Shown: positions 12,850 through 24,930 of the stretch, in pieces | Numbering within the stretch: the first letter of the stretch is position 1 | Layout of the letters: each line of letters starts with the position of its first letter | Source: Squalus acanthias | Taxonomy: Eukaryota | Direction: 5' to 3' | DNA: 64,000 nt | Assembly: GCA_030390025.1 (NCBI GenBank) | Contig: CM059432.1 | Span: 104,100,001 to 104,164,000 of the forward strand | Translations under genes and position numbers: made by a program | Notes under the pieces: generated by a model | Database searches by the model: none | Told to the model about the DNA's origin: nothing | What the model saw: the letters and a program-made list of their open reading frames with translations, nothing else

Positions 12850-13770
12850 ATAATCTGCATGAAAGTGTTTTGAATGTACAGCATGTTCCAAGGCATTTAA
12901 AATAGTGACCGTAATAATAGGAATGCAATACCAAGCTAGGGGGAGAGTGTTTAGGAGGTGTAATTAAAGACTAGGATGAACAAATGGGTTTTAAGATGAT
13001 TTTTGAAGTAGAGAGGTGAAGAGATATAGGGAAGGAATTCCGGAGAGCAGAGTCAAGGCGGTTGAAAGCTCTTCCATCTATGGTGGGCAAAGGAAGGGAA
13101 GGATGCCAGAGTCAGAAGACCAAAAGGCTGCAGGAGGTAAAGCAAATCTAGAAGAGATTGCAGAAACAGAGTGAAGTGTAGCCATGGAGGAATTTGCATA
13201 GATCCAGGAATGGTAATTCAATGATAAGGAGTTGAGTGGGGAGTGGAATAAGGAAGCAGGAGATGGGCATCATGGATGAAGAATTTGGAAAGGACAGTTG
13301 GGAGATGGGGCAGAAACTAGAATGTGACAAGGGATTAAGGCCAGAGTGGTTATGAGGAGATCTAGGACAGAGGAGGAAGGGTATGAAATAGCAGTGACTG
13401 CTGGTCTGGATCCCAACAAACAAAGAAATCGATGAGCTATTTACATTTGGTACTGGGTGAGGGGGCAGGGGCGCGCGGGAATGCAGCTAGTCATAAGAGA
13501 AGAATTGCCTAGGGTTTGCTCCCTCAGGATGATTTTGGAACACTAGATGGTTTTGGCAGAAGCGAACGAGGCATGGTAAAGCTCGATAATGGTTGAGTTA
13601 AATTTGGTGGTTGATGACAAGTTCAGTTGTGCCCCAGGTGTGATCACACTGCTGGCTTTCTGATATAGGGGAGCAAAGGTGGAGGGTGCGCCAGGAGGAG
13701 CAACAGAGGAGGAAGACAGACTGATTTGCTCGGAATGAGAACTTTAAAGATGTAGGTGACAGAACTCTCT
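12850..13770 (-). mobile_element. Highly degenerate L2-clade LINE fragment
   Basis: Patchy similarity to the better-preserved L2 at 24931-26064, including purine-rich segments and a tail-like aatgtacagcatgttccaaggc. Confidence 0.5.
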
Positions 13771-15042
13771 TCTCTACATGTTACAATACCATTCTCCTTT
13801 CTTTCTTTCTTTCCAGTATAGCTCCATTTATGCTGCTTTCCATTTTCCCTTTTCTTATTAGACACAGGAGCAGGCAGATAGAATACTACCTTGTGGAAAG
13901 AAGAGGTACATGTTCTCATCAGGCCAAAGGCAGAGGACAACAGTAGTGTTTTTGATATACTAATGCCATATGACACTGTATGGTCGGACTATGATAAGTG
14001 GCTGCAATTCCTCAAATGGGAGATTTTGATAGACCAATCTGAAAGATGTCTCTCTTTCTCTCTCTGGTGGCAGCAGACAAGCAAAACTACAAAGTACGCT
14101 ACCCATGATGCAAATATACTGCCTTGTGGCTAGTACACAGCAGCACGAACATATCCTGGTAGCTGCCTCTCCTCTGGTATCCTCTAGCCTATAAACTGGA
14201 AAAAGTTATGAAAGGTGAAAAAATGTGAATTCATAGTCATATACTGTAACTTATAAAAGGGCTGTACGACACGCACCAAATTCTCAGGTCCTAGTTTTCT
14301 ACATCGATAACAACCTTTGTGTGTTTATTTTACAATACACCAACCGCGGCCACTATTTTATTTCATGAGAAACCAAGTTTTCTGCAAAACCAAAACATCT
14401 GGTGACAAAGAAAATTCTGCAGACCTACACCCGGTAATGTAGTTAGTATTCACTAAAGCAAACTGAAGCTTATAATACAATGAACACAGCAGAGGAAAAT
14501 AAAACTGCAAATCATTCTTTAATGCACCATGAGCTACAACATTGTGTGTCTAAACAAAAGACGTTAAAATAACTACTTCGAAATTGTTTTAAAGAGTGGT
14601 ATTTGATATCAGAGGAAGAAATACTATGTTTTTTGTTAAAATCAAAATAATCTGCCAAGAGGAAAAAAACAGTTCCATTTGACACTCTGGTCAGGCACCA
14701 CCATTTTCAACACTGGTTTAATAGATTCCAGTTAACCGTTCCTGCCCAACTTTAGTTTTAAATCCTTTTGAGAGACAGTGGCAGCCTCATTATTATGTTT
14801 GTTACTCCCCCTATTCTAAGTGGAGACAGATATTCACTAGTCTAGGGGTAATCATAGATTTAAAATTAACATACTCACCAGAGTTTAAACCTTTGTAAGG
14901 TAAATCAAAACACTAAAAAGGTGGGTGAAACTTTAATTCATCCACCAGCCACAACATTATGTATCTGAATAGAAGTACAGGAAACTTTCGTTTATCCGGC
15001 ACCCAAATATCCGGAATGCTCGCATAACCGGCAAAAATCATC

Positions 15043-15180
15043 CTCCGAAAACTCCTCTCAAATAACCGGCAATGTTGCCGAGTCGCAGTCGAGTCTCCGC
15101 GAACGCCGAGTGCTCCGAAAACTCCTCTCAAATAACCGGCAATGTTGCCGATCCCGAGTCAGAGTCCGAGAACGCCGATT
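15043..15180 (+). repeat. Two ~70-bp direct repeats in the transposon 5' subterminal region
   Basis: ctccgaaaactcctctcaaataaccggcaatgttgccga occurs at 15043 and 15113. Confidence 0.9.
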
Positions 15181-15286
15181 TAGTCAGTAGGGGTACTTTT
15201 CAAAAGTGCCACTACTCGGCCTCCTGGCGCTGTCGCAAGTCCGAAACATTGCAGTAGCATGAGTAGATTCTCCTGCGCTGCCTGGA

Positions 15287-15470
15287 GTCTCTTCGGATCG
15301 GCCATTTTGCTGGGTGTCTCCCACGATGCTGGTAGTCTCTTCTGATCCACCATTTTGCTGTGTGTCTCCCACGCTGCTGGTACTGTAGTCTCTTCTGATC
15401 CACCATTTTGCTGTGTGTCTCCCACGCTGCTGGTAGTCTCTTCCTAGCCACCCTTGTTCTGTGTGTCTTT
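15287..15470 (+). repeat. ~48-bp tandem repeat (3 full copies + 1 partial) upstream of the transposase ATG
   Basis: Unit gtctcttctgatccaccattttgctgtgtgtctcccacgctgctggta; one copy has a 6-bp extension. Confidence 0.9.
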
Positions 15471-15507
15471 CCATCTTCATCGGCAATTATCTCCTCCATC
15501 TTGCATT

Positions 15508-17268
15508 ATGGAATTCCCAAAAGCTGGTCCAAGCAAAAGGAAGAGAGTGGTCTTAACTTTAAAACAAAAAATCGAGATATGCCAACGACTAGAAAGGGGA
15601 GAGAAGCGTATCAACATTATGAATGAATTCAAAATCGGTTCGTCAACAATCTACGACATCAAATCGCAGAAGGATAAGCTGCTCAAGTTTTATTCAAGCT
15701 CGGAGACAGCTAAGAGTGTAGAGAAACGGCGTACGCTTCGTAAGCCTAAGCTTGAAGAGCTGGATACCGTGCTTTATGAATGGTTTTCTCTTAAGCGTTC
15801 AGAGGGTGTTCCAATTTCCAGACCCATGCTCATCGAGAAAGCGAAGGAATTCTACGATAGGATGGAGCTCACTGACAAGTGTGCTTTCTCCGATGGATGG
15901 CTAACGTGCTTCAAGTTACGGCACGGGATACGACGACTCGATATTTCCGGGGAGAAGAAATCAGCTGATCACGAAGCCGCAGAAGAATACTGCGATTATT
16001 TCAATCGGATTGTGCAGCAACATGATTTGTCGCCAGCACAGATCTACAATGCCGATGAAACTGGCTTGTTTTGAGGTTTTTGCCAGAATCAACGCTTGCT
16101 GGGGCTAGTGAGGCTAATGCTTCAGGTTACAAGAAAAATAAAGATCGTGTAACCGTGCTAACATGTGCGAACGCCGCTGGATCACACCGGGTTAAACTTC
16201 TTGTTATCGGGAAGTATAAAAATCCCCGTGCATTTAAAAATGTGAGGCACTTACCTGTTGAGTACAAAGCTCAAAAAAATGCTTGGATGGATAAGGAAAT
16301 CTTCTCCGATTGGTTCCATATTTTTGTTCCATCTGTGAAGGAACATTTCCGCAGAATAGGGAAACCTGAAGATAGCAAATGCATTTTATTGCTTGATAAT
16401 TGCAGAGCCCATCCGCATGAATCCCAGTTGGTTTCGGGAAATATTTTCACCATTTATTTGCCACCAAATGTAACTTCTCTCATCCAACCCATGGACCAGG
16501 GCGTTATCCAAAATCTGAAGTGTCATTACAAGAAAGACTTCCTACGTAAACTGCTAAGCCAAGATGAGAATATTCAAGATTTGCAGAAGGAATACAATAT
16601 TAAAGATGCCATCTATAATGTTGCATATTCATGGAAATTGACACACTCTGAGGCAAGCCTGGCGCAAATTGTGGCCTTCTGTAATGTTTGCTGAAGGTTC
16701 TTCTTCAGAGGAGGAATTTCATGGGTTCAGTGTTCGTCCCAAGAAGAGTACAATAATGGAAATGGCTGGAATGGTGAAAAATGCAGGTCCAGCAAACCCT
16801 CGACATCACCTCAGTGAAAGTGATATCGAGCAGTGGGTTGATGCAGATAGAGAAGTTGGTGTTGTGCATATGCTAAGTGATGATGAAATAATTCAGAATG
16901 TTTTGAATCCAAAGAAAGAAAAGGAAAGCGAGATGGAAAGTGAAGAGGATGAGATTTCTGAAGAGGAGAAGATTTCTTGGGCTAAAGCTGCAGACGGATT
17001 TTCTACAATCCTCAAATTTGCTGAAAGGCAGAATTGCTACACTGCACAAGAAGTTATGCAACTCCATATTCTGCATTCCACCTTTCTCCAGAAAAGGCAA
17101 GAGTCCACTAAGCAAACAGACATCCGCAACATGTTTAAGAAAGCTTCCAAAAGAGTCGCAGCAGCGGAAGTGCCTGAAGAATCTGTGGCATCGGTGGAAC
17201 TGCGTGGTCCTGATGACCCAGCTGGCACGGATACGGATATTTCTGATGAACCAGATGACTCGGAATAA
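15508..17268 (+). pseudogene. Jerky/TIGD-like DD32D transposase, broken by two frameshifts
   Basis: ATG at 15508. N-terminal CENP-B-type HTH domains ([35 protein letters not shown]). Catalytic NADETG, LLLDNC and QPMDQG, with 32 aa between D2 and D3. Acidic C-terminus. 1-bp deletion at ~16073 and a small deletion at ~16640. Confidence 0.93.
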
Positions 17269-19884
17269 GTGTGCAGTCAACTACAGTACTGTAGACAGTT
17301 GTTTATAAGTTTTGTTTTACTGTTAAGTAATTAAAGAGTTATGGATTACCCTCAACTGGCAGTACTGTACTTAATCAAGCATCTTCCACTATCCATTTAA
17401 CACAACATTCTGTAGGGGAGTACCCAAATACTGTACACTGCACATTTCTTGATTTTTTTAGGTTAAAAATAGCCTCGGTAGATATAACTCTCCGTTATCC
17501 GGTACTTTCGATAAACCGGCACCACGCCGGTCCCGTCGATGCCGGATAAACGAAAGTTTCCTGTAAATATGATTCAGGTCACCTTTGAGAGAGAGAATAT
17601 GAAATGGATGACTTCTGCACCCCTCTCCCACAAATGAACACACATAGGAAACAAGAAGTGCTTTTATACAGTGATCAGCCATTATATCTTTACATGGATC
17701 ATTGGTGCAACAATCATATATTCATATTAATTTCAGAATCCTCTGACTTATTTCACATCACAGTGAACACATTGGCGACCACAGCATTAACCAAGCCTCC
17801 AAAAGTACCAAATTTACATCATCACCGGAAGCAAACTACTATTAAAAGTAGATCATCAAGCTTCATTACCATGGAAACCAAGATAATTTGCAAAATCTCA
17901 TACAAGTGTTTATCATCTTCACAGAAGACTGAAATACACATTTGAATAGTGCATCAGTAGTGGTCCATTACCAGATTTCACTTGGGAGAAAAGATCGATT
18001 GACTTACAGTTGTAGCACTTGTAAATTATTTCTTTCATGCCCAAAAAAACCCTGTAAAACTAGTATTTCTACTAGTACAAGATACTACTGCAACTGATTA
18101 AACACCTGTTTCATGTCTTACAGCAACATTTTTGCAAATTTAATAGATTGATGCAAGATACAATGAAAGCATAAAGAAATATTGCTTTTTCAGTGAAGTC
18201 ATTAACGATGGCCTGTCACCTCAATCCATTTTTTCCTTTCTATTTTCTCTATTGTTTTGTCTGTAAAATATTCTGCACTGTCCCATATGGTTAAGACATC
18301 TGTTCCCTTGATTTTTTAAAACAAGCAACATATCCATAATAATAAATTTTCAGAAGTTGATCTTTCAGTTCCTTCAATTATTTTGATAAATTCCATAATC
18401 TGGTCTCTTGCTGATGATACAAAGCTTGCCAGTAATGTTTATTTTGATCAATATTTATGCTGTGTTGTGAAATTAAACTTTGTGTACTGTGGAATAGCCT
18501 TTGTGGTATGTGCTTAGAAGCAGTGGAAATTATAATTCTCAGATAGTGTTGCTTATCTTGTAGACTTCACAGCTCTTACTGTAATTTTCAAATATTCTAC
18601 ATTATAGAAACAGATTCTGAGTCAAGACACCACGATGAACCCTGCAGAATCCTTAACAGGTGTAGAATATAATTTTACCACAATTACCTGAAATGAATGC
18701 AAAATTGTCAATTGTTCAGAAAATAAAATGCATCTTCACAATCACCACCCCAATTTTCCTCGGTATGAATGAAAGCAGCTCTGGCTTTCTTTCTCAGCAT
18801 GGATGAGAGAGAAAGGATCTGAGTAACAAGGAAACACGAGTCAACATTTGTGCAGGTGTATGGTCATGAACTAAAGGAGAACGAATTGATCTGAAAATCT
18901 ATTAAGCATTGGAAATGGTCAGTCATTCCAGAATATGCCAATATTACCACGGCAATTATTTTGTATCAATATCATAGCTAGATTTTGGACCCAAGAATTA
19001 ACAGTACATCATGGAACAAAATTTAAACTCACAAAATGAAATGTGAATGTTAAAATAATTCAAGAGTGCAATTTTTTCCCTAAATTTTATATTTGCCAAT
19101 TTTCTTCTTTTAGTCTCCTGAGCCATAGTTCTATGTTCTGCAGATGCTAGTTTTCCTTGTTGGTCTATGTTGCACAGATGCACGTTGTCTTTGTCAGGGC
19201 ATGATTCCACAGATGCTAGTTATCCTCCAGTACCTTACTCATGTTAGACAGTGAACACTGGCCATAGCAAGAGGGACTGAAAGAGCACCGTAGATAAGCC
19301 AGACATCCATAGACACAAACTTTCCAGGAAGCGTTGGTGGATATATCCTACTTAACTTTTTCCCCCACGAGGGACAATTGTAACACCATTAACTGTTGCC
19401 CTGGCTGGGATTTCAGTACAGACTGGGAATGCAATCTTGGATCTTCTGTGTGGTTTAATGCTACACCAGGCAGTGCCTTTATGTACCAGCACATCAGGAA
19501 AACAGAAAAGCAATTTTAAGGTTGGAAGTATAACTACACTACTTGGCTGATCTCCACGTACACATCTTCTCCCTGTGCACCTAAATGAAAAAAAATCTTG
19601 GCTGTATGATTCAATATGGAATGCTGCTAATATGGTTCATCTTTCCTGGAACACTTTTGAAAACATTCTCTACTTAAACCAGGGTCTTCCTTTGAACTTG
19701 TATCATTCTTCTCAAAAGAAACAGAACCAGAAAAAATACAAATTCTGGTTCTTTCGGCATTTGAAGAGTTAGACATTTTGTCAATAGGACAATTTGTCAG
19801 TGAACAATGTGGTTGCAGTGAGGGTTTCTAATGGATTTAGAGCAGGATTCACACTTTTGAAAGACAGCAAGCAGATGTCACAGG

Positions 19885-20047
19885 CAATGTTCCCCCTAAT
19901 ATTTTTGGGGTGCGCAGCCCCTTTAAGGGGCTGCACGGTCCAGTCACAGTTTCGCACATGCGCAAAATTTAGCATTTAAAAAGCTGGTCCCTGGCTGTGG
20001 GGTATTGGCAGAGCGCTGCGCGGCCACGTGGCTTAGAGGGAACGTTG
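19885..20047. mobile_element. hAT-type MITE, 163 bp, same family as 3066-3225
   Basis: TIRs caatgttccccctaa / ttagagggaacgttg. Perfect 8-bp TSD gtcacagg at 19877-19884 and 20048-20055. Confidence 0.9.
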
Positions 20048-20244
20048 GTCACAGGTACTAGTAACTAGGAAGGATTCACAACATGACATCTTGAAATCTG
20101 ATGGCTGATCTGCCCAAGATAGGCGTATGTAAACATATACTGAGACATGACAACATAAAATCTGCTGTCAAAAATTTGCATTGCTAATTTTCAAAACAAA
20201 ACCTTTGCCTCCCCCAATGACTCATGTGAGTAACCAGGAAGATT

Positions 20245-20795
20245 TTATTCATTCTCTGGATGGGGGCATCACTGTCATGGCTGGCATTTATTGCCAACCT
20301 TGATAGCGGTTTGATATAACTGCATCGCTCGCTAGGCACTTCAGAGGGCAATTAAGAGTCAACTATGCAGCATCCGTGGAGAGAGAAAGAGAGTTAACGT
20401 TTCAGATCGACCTGAAACGTTAACTCTCTTTCTCTCTCCACGGATGCTGCCTGGCCTGCTGAGTTTTTCCAGCGTTTTCTGTTGTTATTTCGGATTTCCA
20501 GCATCCGCAGTATTTTGCTATCGTAAGAGTCAACTATGTTGGATTGGGACTGGAGTCACATATAGCCACAATGGGTAAGGATGGCAGGTAACCTTCCCTA
20601 AAGGACATTAGTGAAACAGTTGGGGTTTGACAATCAAACAGCTGCTTGGTCACTTTTATTGATGCCAACTTTGTACTTCCAGCTTTTAAAAAAATATATA
20701 AACTGAATTCAAATTCTTAAACTGCCATGATAGGATTTGAACTCTCATTCCATGGATTATTAATCCAACAACATAACCACTATATTACCATACCC
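20245..20795 (-). mobile_element. HE1-like SINE, interrupted by a PLE fold-back insertion
   Basis: Reverse complement of the 3374-3590 body plus the HER1-type tail (ctggcatttattgcc); B-box ggatttgaactc. Confidence 0.75.
20368..20523 (+). mobile_element. PLE family A fold-back insertion
   Basis: 15-bp TSD taagagtcaactatg at 20353-20367 and 20524-20538. Perfect 39-bp inverted arms at 20367-20405 and 20412-20450 with a 6-nt loop. Confidence 0.88.
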
Positions 20796-21261
20796 ATTAC
20801 CAAGATCCCAGGTCTGTGCTGAGTTTGTTGATCTCAACCAGGGTGGCAGTGAGAGACATTAACAATTAACTTCAGCAACCCTGTGTTCGGGAGGGAAGAA
20901 AAAAAGTGGATAGGAGTCCCATTTCCAGTCACTATTGAGCAACGTTTGCTAGAAGTAATATGTGAAGACACTGGATGACAAACAGGAATATGCTACAACC
21001 AAGCACTTTAAAAAAAAATCTAACTAGTTGATCAATGATGCAAACTTCTTAAAAAGGCCAATGTCTGATTTTTCTAATGCTCCAGATCTAATAATGCAGT
21101 TTTCTGCATTTCACACCACCTCCCCCGCACTGTGTGTAATATATATGCAAGAAACAGGTACGTGTTTTGACAGCTGAAAAATTTGTTTAGACATCAAAGA
21201 GCAACTTTATATAAAACCTAAATGTTTTCCTGTCTCTCTCATTTTTAAGAAATTATGAAGC

Positions 21262-22130
21262 GTACAGCCTTTGACAAGGTTGACCACACCATTCGCCTCC
21301 AACACCTCTCCTCTACTATCCAGCTCAGTGGGATTGCCCTCGCTTGGTTCCACTCTTACCTATCCGATCGCAGCCAAAGTATCTCCAGCAATGGCTTCTC
21401 TTCCCTTTCCCATACCGTTACCTCTGGAGTCGCCCATGGATCTGTCCTTGGCTCCACCTGCTCCTCATCTACATGCTGCTGGTGGCGACAACATCCACAG
21501 ATATTAGGTCAACTTCCACAGATATGCTGATAATGCCCAGGTCTACCTTTTCAGCACCTCTCTCGATCCCTCCACTGCCTCATCAGACTGCTTGTCCAAT
21601 ATCCAGTCTTGGATGAGCTGCAATTTCCTCCAGTTAAACACTGGGAAGACTTAAGCCATCATCTTTGGCCCCCCACCACAAACTCTGTACCCTTTCCACT
21701 GATTCCACCCCTCCTCATTCATTGTCTCAGGCTGAACAAAACTGTTTGCTACCTCAGCGCCCTATTCAACCCGAGCTGAGCTTCCAACCCCATATCTTCT
21801 CCAGCACAAAGACCTCCTACCTCCACCTTGGTAACATTCCTGGCTTCGCTCCGACTTCCACCCATCTGCTCATGATATTCTCATCTATGCTTTTGTCACC
21901 TCCAGACATTCAATGCCCTCCTAGTTGACATCCCTCTCTTCACCCTTCATAAACTTCAGCTCATCCAAAGTTCTATTCTATCCAGTACCAAGACCAATTC
22001 AGTCATCACCTCTGTCCTCACTGATCTACATTGGCCACAGGACCTCCAACGCCTCAAATTTAAAATTCTCATCCTCATGTTTAAATCCCTTCATAGCATT
22101 GCCCCTTACTATCTCTGGTACTTCAACTGA
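21262..22130 (+). mobile_element. L2-clade LINE fragment (RT region, degenerate)
   Basis: AFDKVDHTIRLQHL...LAWFHSYLSDRSQ...VTSGVAHGSVLG; homologous to 24931-26064. Confidence 0.85.
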
Positions 22131-22329
22131 CTTACTCCACTTGAAAGACTTGCAACAGTTCTTCGTTTGGCCATTTAATGAAGCATAGTTGGTGCTGGGA
22201 CAAAATATAAAGAGACTACTGGGCTATTTAGTCAAAGTCACATCAAATGACAGTAGGACAGATGGCTGCAGAGAAAAATAAATCAAATATCCCTTTAGAA
22301 AAGCTTAGGTGAGAGAATATGGAAATGCT

Positions 22330-22690
22330 CACCCGATGACTCAGTAAATTTGCCCATTAAGCAGGTGAGCCACACTAACCAGGGCATCCCACGTTCGATT
22401 CTCAGCCTATAGTGAGTTTTCTGCAGTGGCAGGGAAGCTGCAATTTGCCTCAGCACTCTTGGGTTATGACAAGGAAAAAAAAATCAAAAAGTTGCCCACT
22501 TCTGATCAGTACTTAGCGATCCCTCCTGGAGGAATATATGTTGGATGAAAACAGAATTGGGTTTAGCTGCAATGCCTGCCAAAATTCGCTGTTGAGGCTC
22601 ACGTGAATCCTAGGCACTTGAGGCATCACAGAATGCCTCGTGCCCATACAGCAGTTTTGTTAACAAGGAACCAATCCATTCAGAGGTTTA
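22330..22690 (+). mobile_element. Degenerate tRNA-derived SINE (unclassified; relatives at ~20805-21000 +, 27650-27845 +, 32900-33200 -)
   Basis: B-box-like gttcgattc. Shared body (ggtctgtgctgag..tgatctcagccagggtggcag..acaattggcctcag) recurs in four places. Confidence 0.55.
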
Positions 22691-24299
22691 AAAAAAAAAT
22701 TGGAGAGAGAAAATGAAAATGCAAAGTATAAAAAAATTAAGTAGAACTGCTGCTTGGCAAAACAAATTTGAAAAATCATCAGCTTCTCCACATCCATGAC
22801 CCTGAAACGTCATATTAAAAGTTATGGTGCTGAATTCGTGTCAGAAAGCAGAAGAGGTAAAATCACAAACACACATTTCAACTGTTGATGTCTGTATTAA
22901 AAAGGGAACAAAAACCTGTTAAACAAACCACTTGTAGGCTTCTGAGACCAACATCAACTGACTTGGGTCGATTAGCCATCTTCACACTAATCTTACGAGT
23001 CGATTTTCCATGGCATTGCACACGGAGTGCCAAGACTCCTCAGTTGAAGCAAAGATAGAGGACTGGTGATAATTGGACCAGGGGGTGTAAACATGATTTA
23101 GTTGCCATTTTAGAGTTATACATACTGTCCTTAGGTCTATATTTCTATTATAACTTTTTGTTTGCATTAATAATACAAACCGCCAATGTAAACTGGTCAT
23201 ACTATAATTATACCTTTGACAGTAATGGTGCGGTAGCGCCTCTACTAGCATGAAGATGTAATTACAGTACGATGAGCTTAGATAGGCAGTTTCTAATATT
23301 AATGCATATTTAAGAATTTATCATGCAAAACATTGACAGGAAGTGTGTGTAAACACAAATACATCTGATTGAAGACGACCTTCATGCCGTCTGTTAGCTG
23401 CACGCAACAGTGTAAACAAGCTAGCTACCTTATGCATTCTGCTGTTAGATAAGCAAACTGCTTTTAGTGATGTCATTGTGGGGCGCTGGTCCCATGCACT
23501 TTCATCTGTGGACCTCCAATTAACAGTGGAGCTTTGCATTTCTAAGGAGAACACCCACCCCAGCCCTACTGTAAAAGCAGGGAGCAACTTGCATTCTCAT
23601 TTATTTGTTAGAGGTCAACGGCTACTCATTACACTTCTTTGTAAGTAGTTGTTTCTGACATTTGTATTGACCATAATGTTTTGTTTTGGTGCAGCTTTGA
23701 TCACCTCTGCTGGTTTGGTGTAAAACTGTATGAATGGTTTGAAAACATTTATTCAAGTAAATTTTCCAAACCTTAATGGAAAGGTCAAGCAAATAACAAG
23801 CAAACAGAATACCTCATCAGTAAAGTCCCACAGTTGGTCACTTACTTTTTCTTGGTTGAGTTATTTTCGTCAACTCTCACAAGGTAGGTTGTTGGATAAA
23901 TTACTCTGTGATGAGCACTTTGTATTAAATGATGAGAAATCGAAAAATGTCAACATGCATTCGAATGTAAATTGGGAATCTACTGAAAAGAATTTTGACT
24001 TTTCAAAGAAATTGACAATAGTACTGAAGTGACAATATTCAAAATGCAGGGTTACATGGAGACTTCCGATCAAATGATTTAGCATTTTTATTGGCAAATA
24101 TTTAAACTTTATGAACTTCCAAATATGATTTTTGTGAAAAAATACAACTGTTACATGCATTTTCTATTATTTTGTAGCATACATAACAGGAGCCACATGC
24201 CCATAGAACAAACAAAGCATGGCGATTTTCATCAGTGTATAAAAACCCACAAAATTAATTTGTACTTGCAGTATTGTGACTTAGAGTTATGTGGTGAGA

Positions 24300-24680
24300 T
24301 TAGAGAACCTGGGATTGTTCTCCTGGAGCAGAGACGGTTAAGGGGAGATTTAATAGAGGTGTTAAAAATCATGAAGGGTTTTAATAGAGTAGATGGGGAG
24401 AAACTGTTTCCACTGGCAGGATGGTCGATAACCAAATGACACAGATTTAAGACAATTGGCAAAAGAACCTGAGGGAAAATTAGGAGAATTCTTTTTACGC
24501 AGCGAGTTATGATGATCTGGAATGCACTACCTGAAAAGGTGGTGGAAGCCGATTCAATAGTAACTTTAAGGGAATTGGATAAATATTTGAAAATAAAAAT
24601 TTGCAGGGCTATGGGGAAAGAGCTGACATGGGCACGATAGGCCGAATGGACTCTTTCTATGCTGTAAGATTCTATGATTA
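24300..24680 (+). mobile_element. CR1 LINE 3' end
   Basis: LEQRRLRGDLIEVLKIMKGFNRVDGEKLFPL; tail ggccgaatggactctttctatgctgtaagattctatgatt. Confidence 0.88.
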
Positions 24681-24930
24681 AGGGTGAATTTATACTGCGA
24701 GTTTGATGTCAGCATCAAGTGGTTTCAGCTTTGCACCCACAGTGAACTTGTACAATGTAAATATGTTAACAACCAAACTGACCGTAGCAAAGTAGATTTG
24801 CTTTCGCAAGAAGTCTCGCACTGCTTTGCTCCGGTGTATTGGGTCCAATCTCAAGTTGCAGGCTAGATTTACACTAACTGTAGAGTTGATGAGAAGCAAA
24901 ACTGCTCTGCACCAATGTTACAGTTGTACT

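Larger units (their letters stand above)
14978..17563 (+). mobile_element. Full-length pogo/Tigger-family DNA transposon (Tc1/mariner-pogo), 2586 bp
   Basis: Perfect 24-bp TIRs caggaaactttcgtttatccggca (14978-15001) and tgccggataaacgaaagtttcctg (17540-17563). TA TSD at 14976-77 and 17564-65. Contains a transposase gene and is CpG-rich compared with its flanks. Confidence 0.97.

Noticed and set aside
15180..15499. Three overlapping minus-strand ORFs with repeated peptides
   Set aside because: By-products of the 48-bp tandem repeat in the transposon.
15508..17268. Calling this the host gene JRK
   Set aside because: Flanked by perfect TIRs and a TA TSD, frameshifted, and inserted in an intron: it is a transposon copy, not a domesticated locus.
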